Below are positions 31,975-42,491 of a stretch of 64,000 bases of DNA, in pieces; the first letter of the stretch is position 1, and each line of letters opens with the position of its first letter. Under the pieces are notes generated by a model that saw nothing but the letters and a program-made list of their open reading frames with translations, had not been told where the DNA came from and did not search any database. Location of the stretch: assembly GCA_041663045.1 (NCBI GenBank), contig JBAZRH010000001.1, positions 84,403 to 148,402 on the forward strand, read 5' to 3'. This stretch comes from Minisyncoccota bacterium. Its GTDB lineage: Bacteria; Patescibacteriota; Minisyncoccia; Phycocordibacterales; GWA1-40-21. The translations under genes were made by a program, and so were the position numbers.

Positions 31975-32454
31975 ATGAGTATAAATGATTTGACCGGAAA
32001 AATCAAGTCCTTTTCTGCGGATATCAAAGACAAGGTATATAGCAAGGAAATTGGCCTTAAAATAGGGGCAGATTTGTTTATTGTGTTTATTATTGTGCTT
32101 GTAGGGATGGCTTCATTTGGTCTGGGTAAATTGTCGGCAATAGAAAAGAAAAAGACGCCGATAGCGGTGTATAAAGTGGAGGAAGCTCTGCTTGCCAATG
32201 CTTTGAAGGAAACTGTGACGGAGGGAGGGGAGGGCGGCGCGTCCGCGGACTCTCGCGCCGCCCAAATTGCTCCCACCCCGACAAATCCTTCAAATGGCCT
32301 AGTCCTCGCCTCAAAAAGTGGCACAAAATACTATTATCCTTGGTGTTCTGGTGTAGATCGCATCAAAGAAGAAAATAAAATCTGGTTTTCTACCATGGAA
32401 GAAGCCAAAGCGAGGGGTTTAGCCCCAGCGGTCGGTTGTACAGGATTAAAATAA
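31975..32454 (+). CDS. Membrane-anchored protein with C-terminal Ada metal-binding-like domain
   Basis: TM ending SFGLGKLS; ASKSGTKYYYPWC...IKEENKIWFST.EEA...G..P..C. Confidence 0.75.
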   Translation: MSINDLTGKIKSFSADIKDKVYSKEIGLKIGADLFIVFIIVLVGMASFGLGKLSAIEKKKTPIAVYKVEEALLANALKETVTEGGEGGASADSRAAQIAPTPTNPSNGLVLASKSGTKYYYPWCSGVDRIKEENKIWFSTMEEAKARGLAPAVGCTGLK

Positions 32455-32473
32455 TCCGTGATATAATTTATTT

Positions 32474-33061
32474 ATGATAATTGTAGATGTGGAAGCCAGC
32501 GGTCTTGATCCAAATAAACATGGTATTGTATCTATTGGAGCGATTGATTTTGATACACCGATGGAACAATTTTATGGTGAATGTAGGATTTCAAAAGAAT
32601 TGCATATTTTAGATGAGGCCATACCTATTGCTGGTTTTTCCGAGACAGAAATGCGAGATCCACAAAAGCAAACCGACACAGAACTCATAGAAAAGTTTAT
32701 TGACTGGGCTATGAAGCGAGGAGAGCATACTTTCGGAGGTCAGAATCCATCTTTCGATAGAGATTTCTTGCAAGCGACCGCGCACAGGGCTCATTTGGAC
32801 TGGCCTTTTGCTTATAGGACAATAGATCTACATTCTATTTGTTATATGCATATGATAAAGAGGGGATTAATTCCACCTACGGAGAAAAACAGAAGCTCGC
32901 TTAATTCTGCAAAAATAATGCAATATGTAGGAATTCCGGCAGAGATAAAACCACACAACTCTCTAAGAGATGCAAAATCCGCAGGAGAAGCTCTCTCTCG
33001 ATTACTTTTTGATAAGAAATTATTGCCAGAATATGAAAAATACCAGATACCTTGGTTTTAG
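32474..33061 (+). CDS. DEDDh 3'-5' exonuclease
   Basis: IVDVEASGLD, QNPSFD, HNSLRDA. Confidence 0.9.
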   Translation: MIIVDVEASGLDPNKHGIVSIGAIDFDTPMEQFYGECRISKELHILDEAIPIAGFSETEMRDPQKQTDTELIEKFIDWAMKRGEHTFGGQNPSFDRDFLQATAHRAHLDWPFAYRTIDLHSICYMHMIKRGLIPPTEKNRSSLNSAKIMQYVGIPAEIKPHNSLRDAKSAGEALSRLLFDKKLLPEYEKYQIPWF

Positions 33062-33246
33062 GTACTAGCCTTATATAAATACCACCAAAATTTAGACCAC
33101 AGAATAGGTGAGAAATCAAGGAAAATGTGGCTCAACATAGCCCTTATTTGATGTTTGACGGTGGTCGAAAAGCGTTGTAAAAGCTTGACAAGTAAAACCA
33201 AATATGCTAGTATGTATAGGAATCAGAGCGAGTCTCTGATTTTTAT

Positions 33247-33732
33247 ATGATAGAAATAATAACAACATCATTTTTTGTTTTTTCTTCACTATATGGTTCA
33301 GCTTCGACAATAGTTGCTGATAACGTTTCAACAAGCCCTAGGGGAGTGTTGGCACCAATAGAAGAGAAGACAGAAATAAATATTCCAGACAATGAAGGTC
33401 TTAGAAATAAAGTTCAAAAATTATTTGCTGAGGATCCTCTCTTAATAGATATCGCTAGATGCGAATCTCATTTCAGGCAGTATGACAAAGATGGAAGCGT
33501 CTTAAGAGGTAAAGTCAACAAATCAGACGTCGGTGTTATGCAGATCAACTTATATTATCATGCTGATAAGGCAGGTAAACTAGGATATGATCTTATGACT
33601 CCGGAAGGCAATATGGCTTATGCTAAGTATCTTTATAACAGAGAAGGTGTGCAACCATGGATATCTTCTTCGGCTTGCTGGAATGATAATACGGCAGCTA
33701 TCCCGTCAAATCAGATAGCACTTATTAAGTAA
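33247..33732 (+). CDS. Secreted lytic transglycosylase (SLT/lysozyme-like)
   Basis: IARCES (catalytic Glu), DVGVMQIN, N..YAKYLY...G.QPW; TTGACA...TAGTAT promoter upstream. Confidence 0.8.
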   Translation: MIEIITTSFFVFSSLYGSASTIVADNVSTSPRGVLAPIEEKTEINIPDNEGLRNKVQKLFAEDPLLIDIARCESHFRQYDKDGSVLRGKVNKSDVGVMQINLYYHADKAGKLGYDLMTPEGNMAYAKYLYNREGVQPWISSSACWNDNTAAIPSNQIALIK

Positions 33733-33751
33733 TTTATTAGAGATTAAACAT

Positions 33752-33784
33752 AAAAGGCGGGCGCACAAAGTGCGCCCGCCTTTT
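33752..33784 (+). terminator. Intrinsic terminator
   Basis: AAAAGGCGGGCGCAC-AAA-GTGCGCCCGCCTTTT. Confidence 0.85.
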
Positions 33785-33853
33785 ATGTTTTCCTCGTTGA
33801 CAAAAAACTGCTTTGTAATAGTCTTTAATCAGAACAGAACAAAGGGAGACATT

Positions 33854-34345
33854 ATGAAAATCGGAGTTTTAGTTTTATATTTGCGGAAAGGTAAAATCCT
33901 TCTTTGCAAGAAATGGACCGGTGCAAAAATCGGAGCCAATAAATGGAATAGCTATGGTGGCGAGCTTGAAGTCGGTGAAGACTCGGCAGATGCTGGTGTG
34001 AGGGAAACCCATGAGGAGTCAAACTGGGGTCTCAATGTCAAAAAGAGACATCTTGTACCAAAGGGCGAGATAACTTTCTACGATTGGCAAAACACAGCAC
34101 TCTGGTTTGTTTATCTCTTTACCTGCACTGAGTTTGAGGGTGAACCACTGGAGTCAGAAGAAATGAAGACTCCGACATGGTTCTCTCCAGCGGAGATTCC
34201 GACCTTGGATATGCTACCGGCAGACAAGATCTTTATACCGATGCTTATAGCAGGGGATGAGATCAGGGACGGTTGGGTCAGATTCAGCAAAGATATGACG
34301 GCCGTCGAAGATTATCATCTCCCGACCACTCTCATTGCTGTTTGA
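33854..34345 (+). CDS. NUDIX hydrolase (MutT/MTH1-like)
   Basis: Nudix box GGELEVGEDSADAGVRETHEE, ESEEMKTPTWF, MLPAD; AAGGGAG SD before ATG 33854; terminator AGCCGACC...GGTCGGCT-TTT at about 34367-34393. Confidence 0.88.
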   Translation: MKIGVLVLYLRKGKILLCKKWTGAKIGANKWNSYGGELEVGEDSADAGVRETHEESNWGLNVKKRHLVPKGEITFYDWQNTALWFVYLFTCTEFEGEPLESEEMKTPTWFSPAEIPTLDMLPADKIFIPMLIAGDEIRDGWVRFSKDMTAVEDYHLPTTLIAV

Positions 34346-34576
34346 TTGTCAGTGTGGAAGTTAGTGAGCCGACCTGTTGCACGGTCGGCTTTTCTTTTGC
34401 TCCAGTTTGTGTACCCTAATTGGTTGAGGGAAGAGGGCTTATTACATTATATACATGTCGCACAATATATCTTGCCCGCTATATACATGTATAATAAGGC
34501 TGTTTATCTTTTTAACCACTTCCCCCTCTGCAAATCAAAAAAGAACCTTTAGTAGGTTCTTTTTTGATAATAATTA

Positions 34577-34825
34577 TTATTGTAGAAGATCTAATCCATG
34601 CTGGAAAACTTTCCACACTACCCCAACGATGAGTTTATCCCAAATATAAATTATCGGAGCCGCCAAATAATTGTTCCAGAATGTCTTTATGAAGTCCCAC
34701 ATATAGCCTAGATTACCTTGTACTTTATCCCCACTTATAATACCCCCTATATCGAAGCCAAAGTATCCGAGAATGATCAGAGCGATCACTATTAAAATTA
34801 TCATCTTTATTAAACCTTTTTTCAT
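34577..34825 (-). CDS. Small membrane protein
   Basis: 82 aa, hydrophobic N-terminus; followed by AAAAAAGAACCT...AGGTTCTTTTTT terminator at about 34534-34568. Confidence 0.75.
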   Translation of the reverse strand: MKKGLIKMIILIVIALIILGYFGFDIGGIISGDKVQGNLGYMWDFIKTFWNNYLAAPIIYIWDKLIVGVVWKVFQHGLDLLQ

Positions 34826-34889
34826 ATGAGATTATATTTAAAATTTCTATTACCCTACAATTATATCACGTTAAAAGCCCTGTGGGTGT

Positions 34890-36158
34890 TTATAAGTAAG
34901 CCAATGGATCAAGATAAGCTCTTATGTCTGCCATCGGCAATATATATGTACCTTTGCAGACAGCACTTTTTTTACTCATTATTTTTACACCCTGTGAGGC
35001 AAATAATCCAAAGTGGAGGTGCGGACCGGTGGAGTAGCCAGTGTTTCCGGAGTATCCTATTATATCTCCCGTAAATATTTGATCACCGGCCTTAACTTTT
35101 ATAAGAGAAAGATGTCCGTATAAGGTCGTTAGGCCATTATTGTGTTTTATGAGAACCCATTTACCATATGAAGCACCAGAACAGACAAGATCCGTGTCAC
35201 CTGTCCCTTCCACAGTGCCACTTAGTGTGGCTTTAACTCTTGTACCAACAGATGCTCTAAAATCTACCCCATTGTGACTTCCTGTCGTGTAGAGCCTGCC
35301 AGAGTCTGATGTCACCCCAAACCTTTGTGTTATATAGATATTATCTAATGGCCAAGACAAAATGCCTTTTCCAGCCGCAGGGATACTATTTGGATCTATA
35401 GCAAATTTTAGCTCTGATTCAAATTGAGCAAGTTCTTTATCAAAAGCATCTGCAAGGGCCTGTTTCTCTGACAGAAGTCTTTTATAGTTGGATTCTTTAT
35501 TTTTTGTTTCGGTAAGGACTTTATTCTTTTCTTTTTTGTTTATTTCTAAGATTGCTTTCTTATCCTCCAGTTCTGATTTTAGAGATAAAAGTTCTTTTTT
35601 CTTGCTTTCATTGTCTTTCTTATCAATACCGAGATCATCCCTAACCTTCTTTGTTTCTATGAGTTTATTTTTTAATTGATTTTGCAATTTATAAATACCC
35701 TCCATTTCATTCCAGAACTCTGAAAGATCTTTATATTTTAAAAGAGTCTCTATTATAGATGAATTATCAGATTCATTTACTTCATTTATCAAAACCTCTA
35801 TAACCACACTGTTTTTGTCTATTTCTGTTTCTTTCTTTCTTATTTCAATACCAAGCCTCTCTATTTCAAGATTTGCAGAGTTTATATTGTTTTCTGTGAG
35901 TTTTATATCTAAGGAAGTTTTCTTTTCGGTGGCTTCAAGAGTCTTTATGGCTTTGGAAAGTGTATCCGCTTGAGTACCGATATCTTTAAGTTGATTTTGA
36001 TACTGGTCTATCTCTTTTTGTAATTGTTCTCTATTCTTACTTGTTTGTTCTATTTTTTGTTTTATTTCATCTATTGACGAAGAATAGCAGATATTACTTA
36101 ATAAAAGCGAAAGCAGAAAGATAAGCGAATATAAAGCTGTCTTTTTTAAGAAAAACAT
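34890..36158 (-). CDS. Coiled-coil + M23 peptidase (EnvC/MepM-like)
   Basis: Signal peptide, long coiled coil, HNGVD, LYGHL, STGPHLHF. Confidence 0.92.
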   Translation of the reverse strand: MFFLKKTALYSLIFLLSLLLSNICYSSSIDEIKQKIEQTSKNREQLQKEIDQYQNQLKDIGTQADTLSKAIKTLEATEKKTSLDIKLTENNINSANLEIERLGIEIRKKETEIDKNSVVIEVLINEVNESDNSSIIETLLKYKDLSEFWNEMEGIYKLQNQLKNKLIETKKVRDDLGIDKKDNESKKKELLSLKSELEDKKAILEINKKEKNKVLTETKNKESNYKRLLSEKQALADAFDKELAQFESELKFAIDPNSIPAAGKGILSWPLDNIYITQRFGVTSDSGRLYTTGSHNGVDFRASVGTRVKATLSGTVEGTGDTDLVCSGASYGKWVLIKHNNGLTTLYGHLSLIKVKAGDQIFTGDIIGYSGNTGYSTGPHLHFGLFASQGVKIMSKKSAVCKGTYILPMADIRAYLDPLAYL

Positions 36159-36159
36159 C

Positions 36160-37506
36160 TTATTTTGAAAGAATTGTAATTGCATTTTCTATCCTTTGAA
36201 GTGTCTCTTTTTTACCAAGTATTTCACACAAGACAAAAGGATCAGGTGATTTTTCTTTTCCTGATAGAGAAACGCGAAGTGGCCAGAGAACGTTACCCCT
36301 CCCCTTTTCTTCGGCTATTTTCCATATGGTTTCTTTTACTGAATCTTTATTAAAATTATCTTCAGATATTTTTACCAGTAATGTAGATACTAAAGACAAG
36401 TTTTCTTTGGCTTCATCTTCTGTACCCCCCTTTTTCCAGACAAGGATCTCTTCTTTGATACTAGGCTTTTCAAAGAAATATTGAATATCTCCATCGGCTA
36501 CCATTTTATCTATATCAGACCAAACGTTTATTCTTTCTGTTATTATTGGGGTGATTTTATCCACAATATCTTTATCTTGGCAATTAGATGGCAACCTCTT
36601 CCCTATTTCCTCCTTTATTTTTTCACCAGGCAACCTTTTTAGATATTCTTTATTAAACCATAGAAGCTTTTCTTTATTAAATATTGCCCCACCCTTTTGT
36701 ACCTTCCCAATATCAAATTTATTGATTATGTCTTCAATCGTCATCATCTCTATATCACTTCCGGGATTCCAGCCGACCATTGAAATGAAATTTATAAAAG
36801 CTTCTGGAAGATAACCCATCTTTTCATAATATTTTACAGAAGTCATTTCACCATGTTTTCTTTTGGATAATTTTGCCCTATCTTCTGCAAGAATAAGCGG
36901 TAAGTGCGCATATATAGGGGTTGGTGCACCGAGGGCTTCTTGTATGAGAATATGTCTTGGCGTATTGGAAATATGATCTTCACCCCTTATTACATGTGTA
37001 ATACCCATTTCAAAATCATCTATAACAACAACAACGTGAAATATTGGTTCTTCTAAGCTTTTGGCAATAACGAAGTCTCCAAGTTCTGTTGTATCAAATT
37101 CTATTTCCCCGCGTATAAGATCTTTAAACTTTATCTTTTTATTTGGATTTCTAAATCTTATAACTTCTGCTCTCTGACCCTCTTCTTTTATTTCTTCTTT
37201 AGATATATAAGCCTTGTCTTCTTTTATAAGATTTTCTATATATTTTTTATATACATGTTCTCTTTCAGATTGTTTAAAAGACTCATCGTAGCTAAGCCCA
37301 AGCCATTTCATGCCATTTAGTATGTCGTCTGTGTATTCCTTTTTAGACCTTTCTTTGTCGGTGTCTTCAATTCTTAATAGAAATTTACCTTGATTTTGTT
37401 TAGCAAAGACATAATTAAAAAGTGCTACCCTAGCACTACCAACGTGAAAAAGGCCCGTTGGGCTGGGTGCAAATCTAACAACAACTTTTTTGTCGCTATT
37501 GCTCAT
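36160..37506 (-). CDS. gltX: Glutamate--tRNA ligase
   Basis: RFAPSPTG, HVGS, LRIEDTD, HVIRGEDH, KLSKR. Confidence 0.97.
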   Translation of the reverse strand: MSNSDKKVVVRFAPSPTGLFHVGSARVALFNYVFAKQNQGKFLLRIEDTDKERSKKEYTDDILNGMKWLGLSYDESFKQSEREHVYKKYIENLIKEDKAYISKEEIKEEGQRAEVIRFRNPNKKIKFKDLIRGEIEFDTTELGDFVIAKSLEEPIFHVVVVIDDFEMGITHVIRGEDHISNTPRHILIQEALGAPTPIYAHLPLILAEDRAKLSKRKHGEMTSVKYYEKMGYLPEAFINFISMVGWNPGSDIEMMTIEDIINKFDIGKVQKGGAIFNKEKLLWFNKEYLKRLPGEKIKEEIGKRLPSNCQDKDIVDKITPIITERINVWSDIDKMVADGDIQYFFEKPSIKEEILVWKKGGTEDEAKENLSLVSTLLVKISEDNFNKDSVKETIWKIAEEKGRGNVLWPLRVSLSGKEKSPDPFVLCEILGKKETLQRIENAITILSK

Positions 37507-38623
37507 GTTGAAGTCCTATTTGGATTATTTCTCCGGCTATTACCTTTGCTGAGTCGCCTTTTATAAAACTTTTTGCTCCAGTAGTCATCTTTTTATATAG
37601 TTCTTTATCATCCATTATTCTAATTATTTCAGTGAGAAGGATATTTGAAGAAAGATTTTTCTCTTCAATAATTGTAGCTGCACCAAATCTAGCATAGTTA
37701 TAAGCGTTTTCTCTTTGATGATTACCGTTTGAGTCTGATATTGGAATTATAATACTAGGAAGTCCCCATGAAGCGATTTCAAATATGGCGGAGCCGGCAC
37801 GCGATATAATCAGACTTGAAACGCCAGCTGCCATACTGATATTTAGATTATCTAAATAATCATACGGCCTATATCTTGTCTTATATTGACTTTCTGAAAG
37901 CACAACACTAGCTGTTCTAGAGACTTCTTCTATATTAGCTTTACCTGTTTGGTGTATTACATAATATCTTTCTACAAGTTGTGGAAGGATATTTAATATC
38001 TGTTCATTGATAAGTTGAGAACCGAGAGATCCGCCGATGATAAAGATCACTGGTGCGTCTTCTTGCATGCCCAAGAACTCTCTTGCTCCGGATACTGTTG
38101 GTGACAGAACAGCTTTTCTTATAGGATTTCCAGTATAAGCTACCTTTGTTTTATCAAAATATTCCATCGTCTCTGGATATGATACTGCAATTTTATTTGC
38201 AAATTTAGCTGACCATGTGTTTGTTCTGCCGGGTATACTATCAGATTCATGTATAATCACAGGGATTTTTAGAAGTCTTGCAGCAAAAAGTACCGGGAAG
38301 CTAGTGTAAGCGCCTTTGCTAAAAATCACATCCGGATAGAGTCTAAAAAGTTTAATCGTTGCAGAAATTATTCCGAAGGAAGTTTTAAACAGATCAAAAA
38401 AATTTAGTAAAGAAAAATATCTACGAACTTTTCCTGCCGATATTTTTATAAAGGTAATATTATTATCTAGAAGCGCTTCAGAATCATAAGGCGAATCTGA
38501 CATAAAAAAGATCTCAACAGGTAAAAGCTTTTCTTCTTTTACTTGTCTGTTTATTTCTTCCGCTACGGCAATAAGTGGATAAAAATGTCCACCCGAGCCA
38601 CCTCCTGTAAGTAATATTTTCAT
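37496..38623 (-). CDS. murG: Lipid II GlcNAc transferase
   Basis: TGGGSGGHFYP, HESDSIPG, TGNPIR, GGSLGS, HQRENA. Confidence 0.96.
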   Translation of the reverse strand: MKILLTGGGSGGHFYPLIAVAEEINRQVKEEKLLPVEIFFMSDSPYDSEALLDNNITFIKISAGKVRRYFSLLNFFDLFKTSFGIISATIKLFRLYPDVIFSKGAYTSFPVLFAARLLKIPVIIHESDSIPGRTNTWSAKFANKIAVSYPETMEYFDKTKVAYTGNPIRKAVLSPTVSGAREFLGMQEDAPVIFIIGGSLGSQLINEQILNILPQLVERYYVIHQTGKANIEEVSRTASVVLSESQYKTRYRPYDYLDNLNISMAAGVSSLIISRAGSAIFEIASWGLPSIIIPISDSNGNHQRENAYNYARFGAATIIEEKNLSSNILLTEIIRIMDDKELYKKMTTGAKSFIKGDSAKVIAGEIIQIGLQHEQ

Positions 38624-38627
38624 AATT

Positions 38628-39740
38628 TTAATTTTTCTGTTGTAGTTTTGCTGATCTCGATACACTGATTATAATACCTATTTGTATAAGTGTTATAAAC
38701 ATAGCCGTTCCTCCCTGACTAAAGAAAGCCAATGGTACACCAGAAATAGGTATAACGCCGAGCATTGATGCAATATTCATGAATGAACGGCACGTTATAA
38801 GTATAACAATTCCTATGACCAAAAGTCCACCAAAGGAATCAGGAGATCTTATGGCTATTCTAAAAGCCCTGAAGACGAAAAATAGAAAGAGTAATATTAT
38901 AAAAATACATCCAATAAAACCGAGTTCTTCTCCAGCGACAGCGAAGATGGAGTCGCTTATAGACTCTGGTAGAAATTTAAACTTCTGTATACTTTGTCCA
39001 AGTCCTCTTCCAAACATTCCACCAGACCCCACAGCAATAAGCGATTGCTGTATTTGATACCCTGAAGACTGTGCATTATCTGCTGGATTAAAAAAAGAAG
39101 TAATTCTTGTCATGATGTATGGCCTAGATAATGCAAGGACGACTAAGAATAAAAGTCCAATAAGACCGACAGCGATTATGTGTTTAAATTTACCTCCAGC
39201 CGAGACGAGCATCACTACACCTACGAATCCAAGTATAAGGAAAGAGTCTGCATCTGGTTGTAAAAGTAATAATATTCCAGAAATACCAAGAAGTATAAGT
39301 AGGGGTAATAAGCTGTATCTAAATTGTTCAATTTTATCTTTTACAAAAGAAAACCAGGCGGCCAGGTATATAATAAATCCAGTATTTAATATTTCAATCG
39401 GTTGAAATGTCATGCCCGCAATATCAATCCATCTTTTTGCTCCGTTTATTGATACTCCCAGTTGAGGGACAAAGACAAGTATCATTGATATTACTGATAA
39501 TAAGAAAATATAAAAAGAATATTTTTTGAGAATTCTGTAGTCTAGTCTTGATACTAAGTAGCAGGCAACAAAGCCGACAAAGAGCCCCCAAAAAACCTGT
39601 CTAAACATTATTGATGCAAACTTAGCGCTATCTTTTGCAAGTATTCCCATTGATGCTGAAGTAAAGACAGCAAAACCCAAAACAGCCATAATTAAGACGG
39701 TGGAAAAAAAGACCTTATCTACCTCTCTTTTTTGAGACAT
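38628..39740 (-). CDS. ftsW: SEDS peptidoglycan polymerase
   Basis: NGAKRW, FQPIE, GYQIQQS..A.GSGG..GRG, GEELG, SQGGT; between mraY and murG. Confidence 0.92.
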   Translation of the reverse strand: MSQKREVDKVFFSTVLIMAVLGFAVFTSASMGILAKDSAKFASIMFRQVFWGLFVGFVACYLVSRLDYRILKKYSFYIFLLSVISMILVFVPQLGVSINGAKRWIDIAGMTFQPIEILNTGFIIYLAAWFSFVKDKIEQFRYSLLPLLILLGISGILLLLQPDADSFLILGFVGVVMLVSAGGKFKHIIAVGLIGLLFLVVLALSRPYIMTRITSFFNPADNAQSSGYQIQQSLIAVGSGGMFGRGLGQSIQKFKFLPESISDSIFAVAGEELGFIGCIFIILLFLFFVFRAFRIAIRSPDSFGGLLVIGIVILITCRSFMNIASMLGVIPISGVPLAFFSQGGTAMFITLIQIGIIISVSRSAKLQQKN

Positions 39741-39741
39741 T

Positions 39742-40809
39742 TTATATAAGTGCCAAAATTAATCCGAAGACTGCGCAAACGATGCTTACAATCCAATATC
39801 GCATAGAGACTTTATATCCCGGCCAACCTTTGGCTTCGAAATGATGGTGTATTGGTGCAACAAGAAATATCTTTTTACCTCGAAACTTTTTAGATAAAAG
39901 TTGAATTACTACAGAAAGAGTTGTAATAATTAGCGGAAAGGCAATAATGGGAAGAACCGCAACTCCCCTACCATCTACCATTGAATCTGTCATGAAGGCG
40001 ATAATACCGAGCGTAATAGTAAGTGCCATACTTCCGGTCTCTGACATATAAAAACGTGCCGGAGGGATATTAAACCACAAGAAAGCAAGAATAGAACCGA
40101 CAACAACAATACAAAAGGCTGCAAGATTTATCTGGTTTTGGAAAAAAGCGATACCTGCATATGCAGCAAAAGCGGAAGCAAAAACCCCTCCAGAAAGTCC
40201 ATCTATGCCATCTATAATTCCACCAGAATAGATAAGAAGAATTACCATGATGAAGATTGGAATGAACCAGAAACTAAGATCGATACCGTAAATGAACGGG
40301 AAATTTATTGTATTGACTTCGAGTTTGAAATAAAACCATAGAGAAATCAGAAAAGAAATTATTGCTACAAGAAAAAGTCTTTTTCTTAACGAAAGACCTC
40401 CGGCATAGTTTCCACCACTACCTCTTATATCAAGAATATCATCCAGGAGGCCGATGATTGCACCGAGGAACATTGTCGAAAACGGTATCCACGTCTGATT
40501 TCTACTTAAGAAATCAAGCTTGGTCAAAATGTCTGTCGGGAAAAAGTGCGCCAAGAGCCATAGACCAACGGTTGTAATAATCACCGATGCCCAGATGACA
40601 ATACCTCCCATTCTTGGGGTGCTTGTCTCTCTTGTAGCGTGGAGACTGTTGAATATAGGCGTTCCGCCACCGTCTATTGCGACAGTCTTAGCTTTCTTTT
40701 TCCACATTTCGTTCTTGTATAGAAAGTTTGTGATGAAAGGCGTTATGAGAATACCAACAACGAAGGAAATTATAGCCGGCAATATTACTTTAATTACATT
40801 TATAGCCAT
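39742..40809 (-). CDS. mraY: Phospho-MurNAc-pentapeptide transferase
   Basis: TPRMGG, IGLLDD, DGIDGL, LWFNIPPA, APIHHHFE. Confidence 0.95.
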   Translation of the reverse strand: MAINVIKVILPAIISFVVGILITPFITNFLYKNEMWKKKAKTVAIDGGGTPIFNSLHATRETSTPRMGGIVIWASVIITTVGLWLLAHFFPTDILTKLDFLSRNQTWIPFSTMFLGAIIGLLDDILDIRGSGGNYAGGLSLRKRLFLVAIISFLISLWFYFKLEVNTINFPFIYGIDLSFWFIPIFIMVILLIYSGGIIDGIDGLSGGVFASAFAAYAGIAFFQNQINLAAFCIVVVGSILAFLWFNIPPARFYMSETGSMALTITLGIIAFMTDSMVDGRGVAVLPIIAFPLIITTLSVVIQLLSKKFRGKKIFLVAPIHHHFEAKGWPGYKVSMRYWIVSIVCAVFGLILALI

Positions 40810-40846
40810 TTGGGTATTATATAATTTTTCGTGACTAAAATAAAGA

Positions 40847-41767
40847 TCACTCGGAGAGTTTTTGTAAAGTGAGTTTGACCAGGTTCTCTACATCCGTAAA
40901 CCTTCCATCCTCGGTCGATCCAAGTGCAACTACAGCGACAGGGTGCATAAAGCCCGCATCAAATACTATAGCCAGATTTCCACCCGCAAGGTCTGTAAAA
41001 CCAGTTTTTGAAGCCAAGATTTGTGGAATCTTATTTATATAGGTATTTGTATTTTTTGCTTCATGTTTGATTTTGTCATCAGAATTATAGGAAGTTTTTT
41101 CTAGGACGGTATCTGATATCAAGCTTGGATTATTTTTAATAATATATGCTAAGAGATGTGTTATGTCGTAAGCAGAGCTATATGCACCGGACAGATCTTT
41201 GTCTATATCAAGACCTGTTTCATTCAGAAATACTGTGTCTCTCAGTAAAATATCTTCAGCTTTCTTATTCATCAGGGATACGGTATTTTCACTACTTGTG
41301 CTATGTATCAGACTATAATTATTTATTGCACTAGCGATAGCCTGTATGCCATCATTTGAAGATGTAATAAGACTAAAATCAATTAAGTTTTTAAGTCCCC
41401 ACCTCTCTCCTACTAATAACCCACTATCCCCTTCTTCTTTTATTGCATCTAAATCTATTTTTATAATAGTATTCTGTGGTAAATTCTCTTTTGCTATAAG
41501 GGCAGTCATAAGCTTTGTGACAGAAGCAAGTGGAAGATGTGTGTGCTCATCTTTTGCGAATATGATTTTGTCTGCCAGGATGTCATAAACACAATACGAC
41601 TTTGCCGTTATGTCTTTAAATGAAGAGTAATCGAATATTTTTAGTGGTTGTTCCACAACCTCTTTCGTCTTTATATCTCTATCTATAATTATAGACAGAG
41701 ACAAAACAACCAAAATTATAATAGCTACAAAAAACCATTTTTTTTTAATAAATACTAAAGTCCCCAT
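40847..41767 (-). CDS. D-Ala-D-Ala carboxypeptidase (S11)
   Basis: ASVTK (SxxK), SSN, KTGFT. Confidence 0.92.
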   Translation of the reverse strand: MGTLVFIKKKWFFVAIIILVVLSLSIIIDRDIKTKEVVEQPLKIFDYSSFKDITAKSYCVYDILADKIIFAKDEHTHLPLASVTKLMTALIAKENLPQNTIIKIDLDAIKEEGDSGLLVGERWGLKNLIDFSLITSSNDGIQAIASAINNYSLIHSTSSENTVSLMNKKAEDILLRDTVFLNETGLDIDKDLSGAYSSAYDITHLLAYIIKNNPSLISDTVLEKTSYNSDDKIKHEAKNTNTYINKIPQILASKTGFTDLAGGNLAIVFDAGFMHPVAVVALGSTEDGRFTDVENLVKLTLQKLSE

Positions 41768-41769
41768 GT

Positions 41770-42363
41770 TTATATCTGTTCTACTGTCTTTTCTTCCGAA
41801 TCTTTAGTTTTATCATCCTCCACCTCTTCTTGTCTTTGAGAATTTTTAAAACCTTCGATTTCCTCTTTTGCTTTGGCGAACTCCGGCATTTCTTCTATTT
41901 TTGAAAGTCCAAGATATGAAAGAAGTTCAAAAGTCGGTTTATATAGGAAGCTTCTCTGATCTTTTGGATTTTGGATTTTTTCTACCAGCCCGCGAATCAT
42001 AAGATTTCTCAAGATAAATGTGGATTGCACGCCTCTGATATAGTCTATTTCTGCGCGAGAAAGTGGTCCCTGATAGATAATGATAGAAAGCGTTTCAAGT
42101 CCTGCTCTACCCAAATCTCTCACAAGCTCTTCTTTTGTAAGTTTTTCTATAAGCTCCGAAGTATCTTTTGAGGTACCAAGTGTGACTTCGTTTTCTTTTC
42201 TCACTAGTACTATTCCTCTATCCAGAAGTTTTTTCTCAAGCTCGATAAGACTTGTCGAAATCTCTTCTTCACTTTTATTAAAAATCTGTGCGAGCTTTTT
42301 GATCGCAATCGGCTCCCCTTTCCAGAAAAGCACCGCTTCTAATTGTTTTTCTAAATTATTCAT
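41770..42363 (-). CDS. scpB: SMC-Scp complex subunit ScpB
   Basis: LEAVLF, LETLSIIIYQGP, IDYIRGV, GLSKIEEMP. Confidence 0.95.
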   Translation of the reverse strand: MNNLEKQLEAVLFWKGEPIAIKKLAQIFNKSEEEISTSLIELEKKLLDRGIVLVRKENEVTLGTSKDTSELIEKLTKEELVRDLGRAGLETLSIIIYQGPLSRAEIDYIRGVQSTFILRNLMIRGLVEKIQNPKDQRSFLYKPTFELLSYLGLSKIEEMPEFAKAKEEIEGFKNSQRQEEVEDDKTKDSEEKTVEQI

Positions 42364-42380
42364 AATTGATTTTGTTTAAT

Positions 42381-42487
42381 GGGTGTAGATGCACTCTTTT
42401 TGGAAACTTGCGAGCGCGACTGGCGCGAGCACGAGGAATTTTTTAGCAAAAAAATATCCGTGTTCCAAAAAGAGTGCATCGAAACCC
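42381..42487 (+). repeat. Structured intergenic repeat, copy A
   Basis: 18-bp perfect stem GATGCACTCTTTTTGGAA/TTCCAAAAAGAGTGCATC enclosing the conserved core. Confidence 0.85.
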
Positions 42488-42491
42488 CTAA

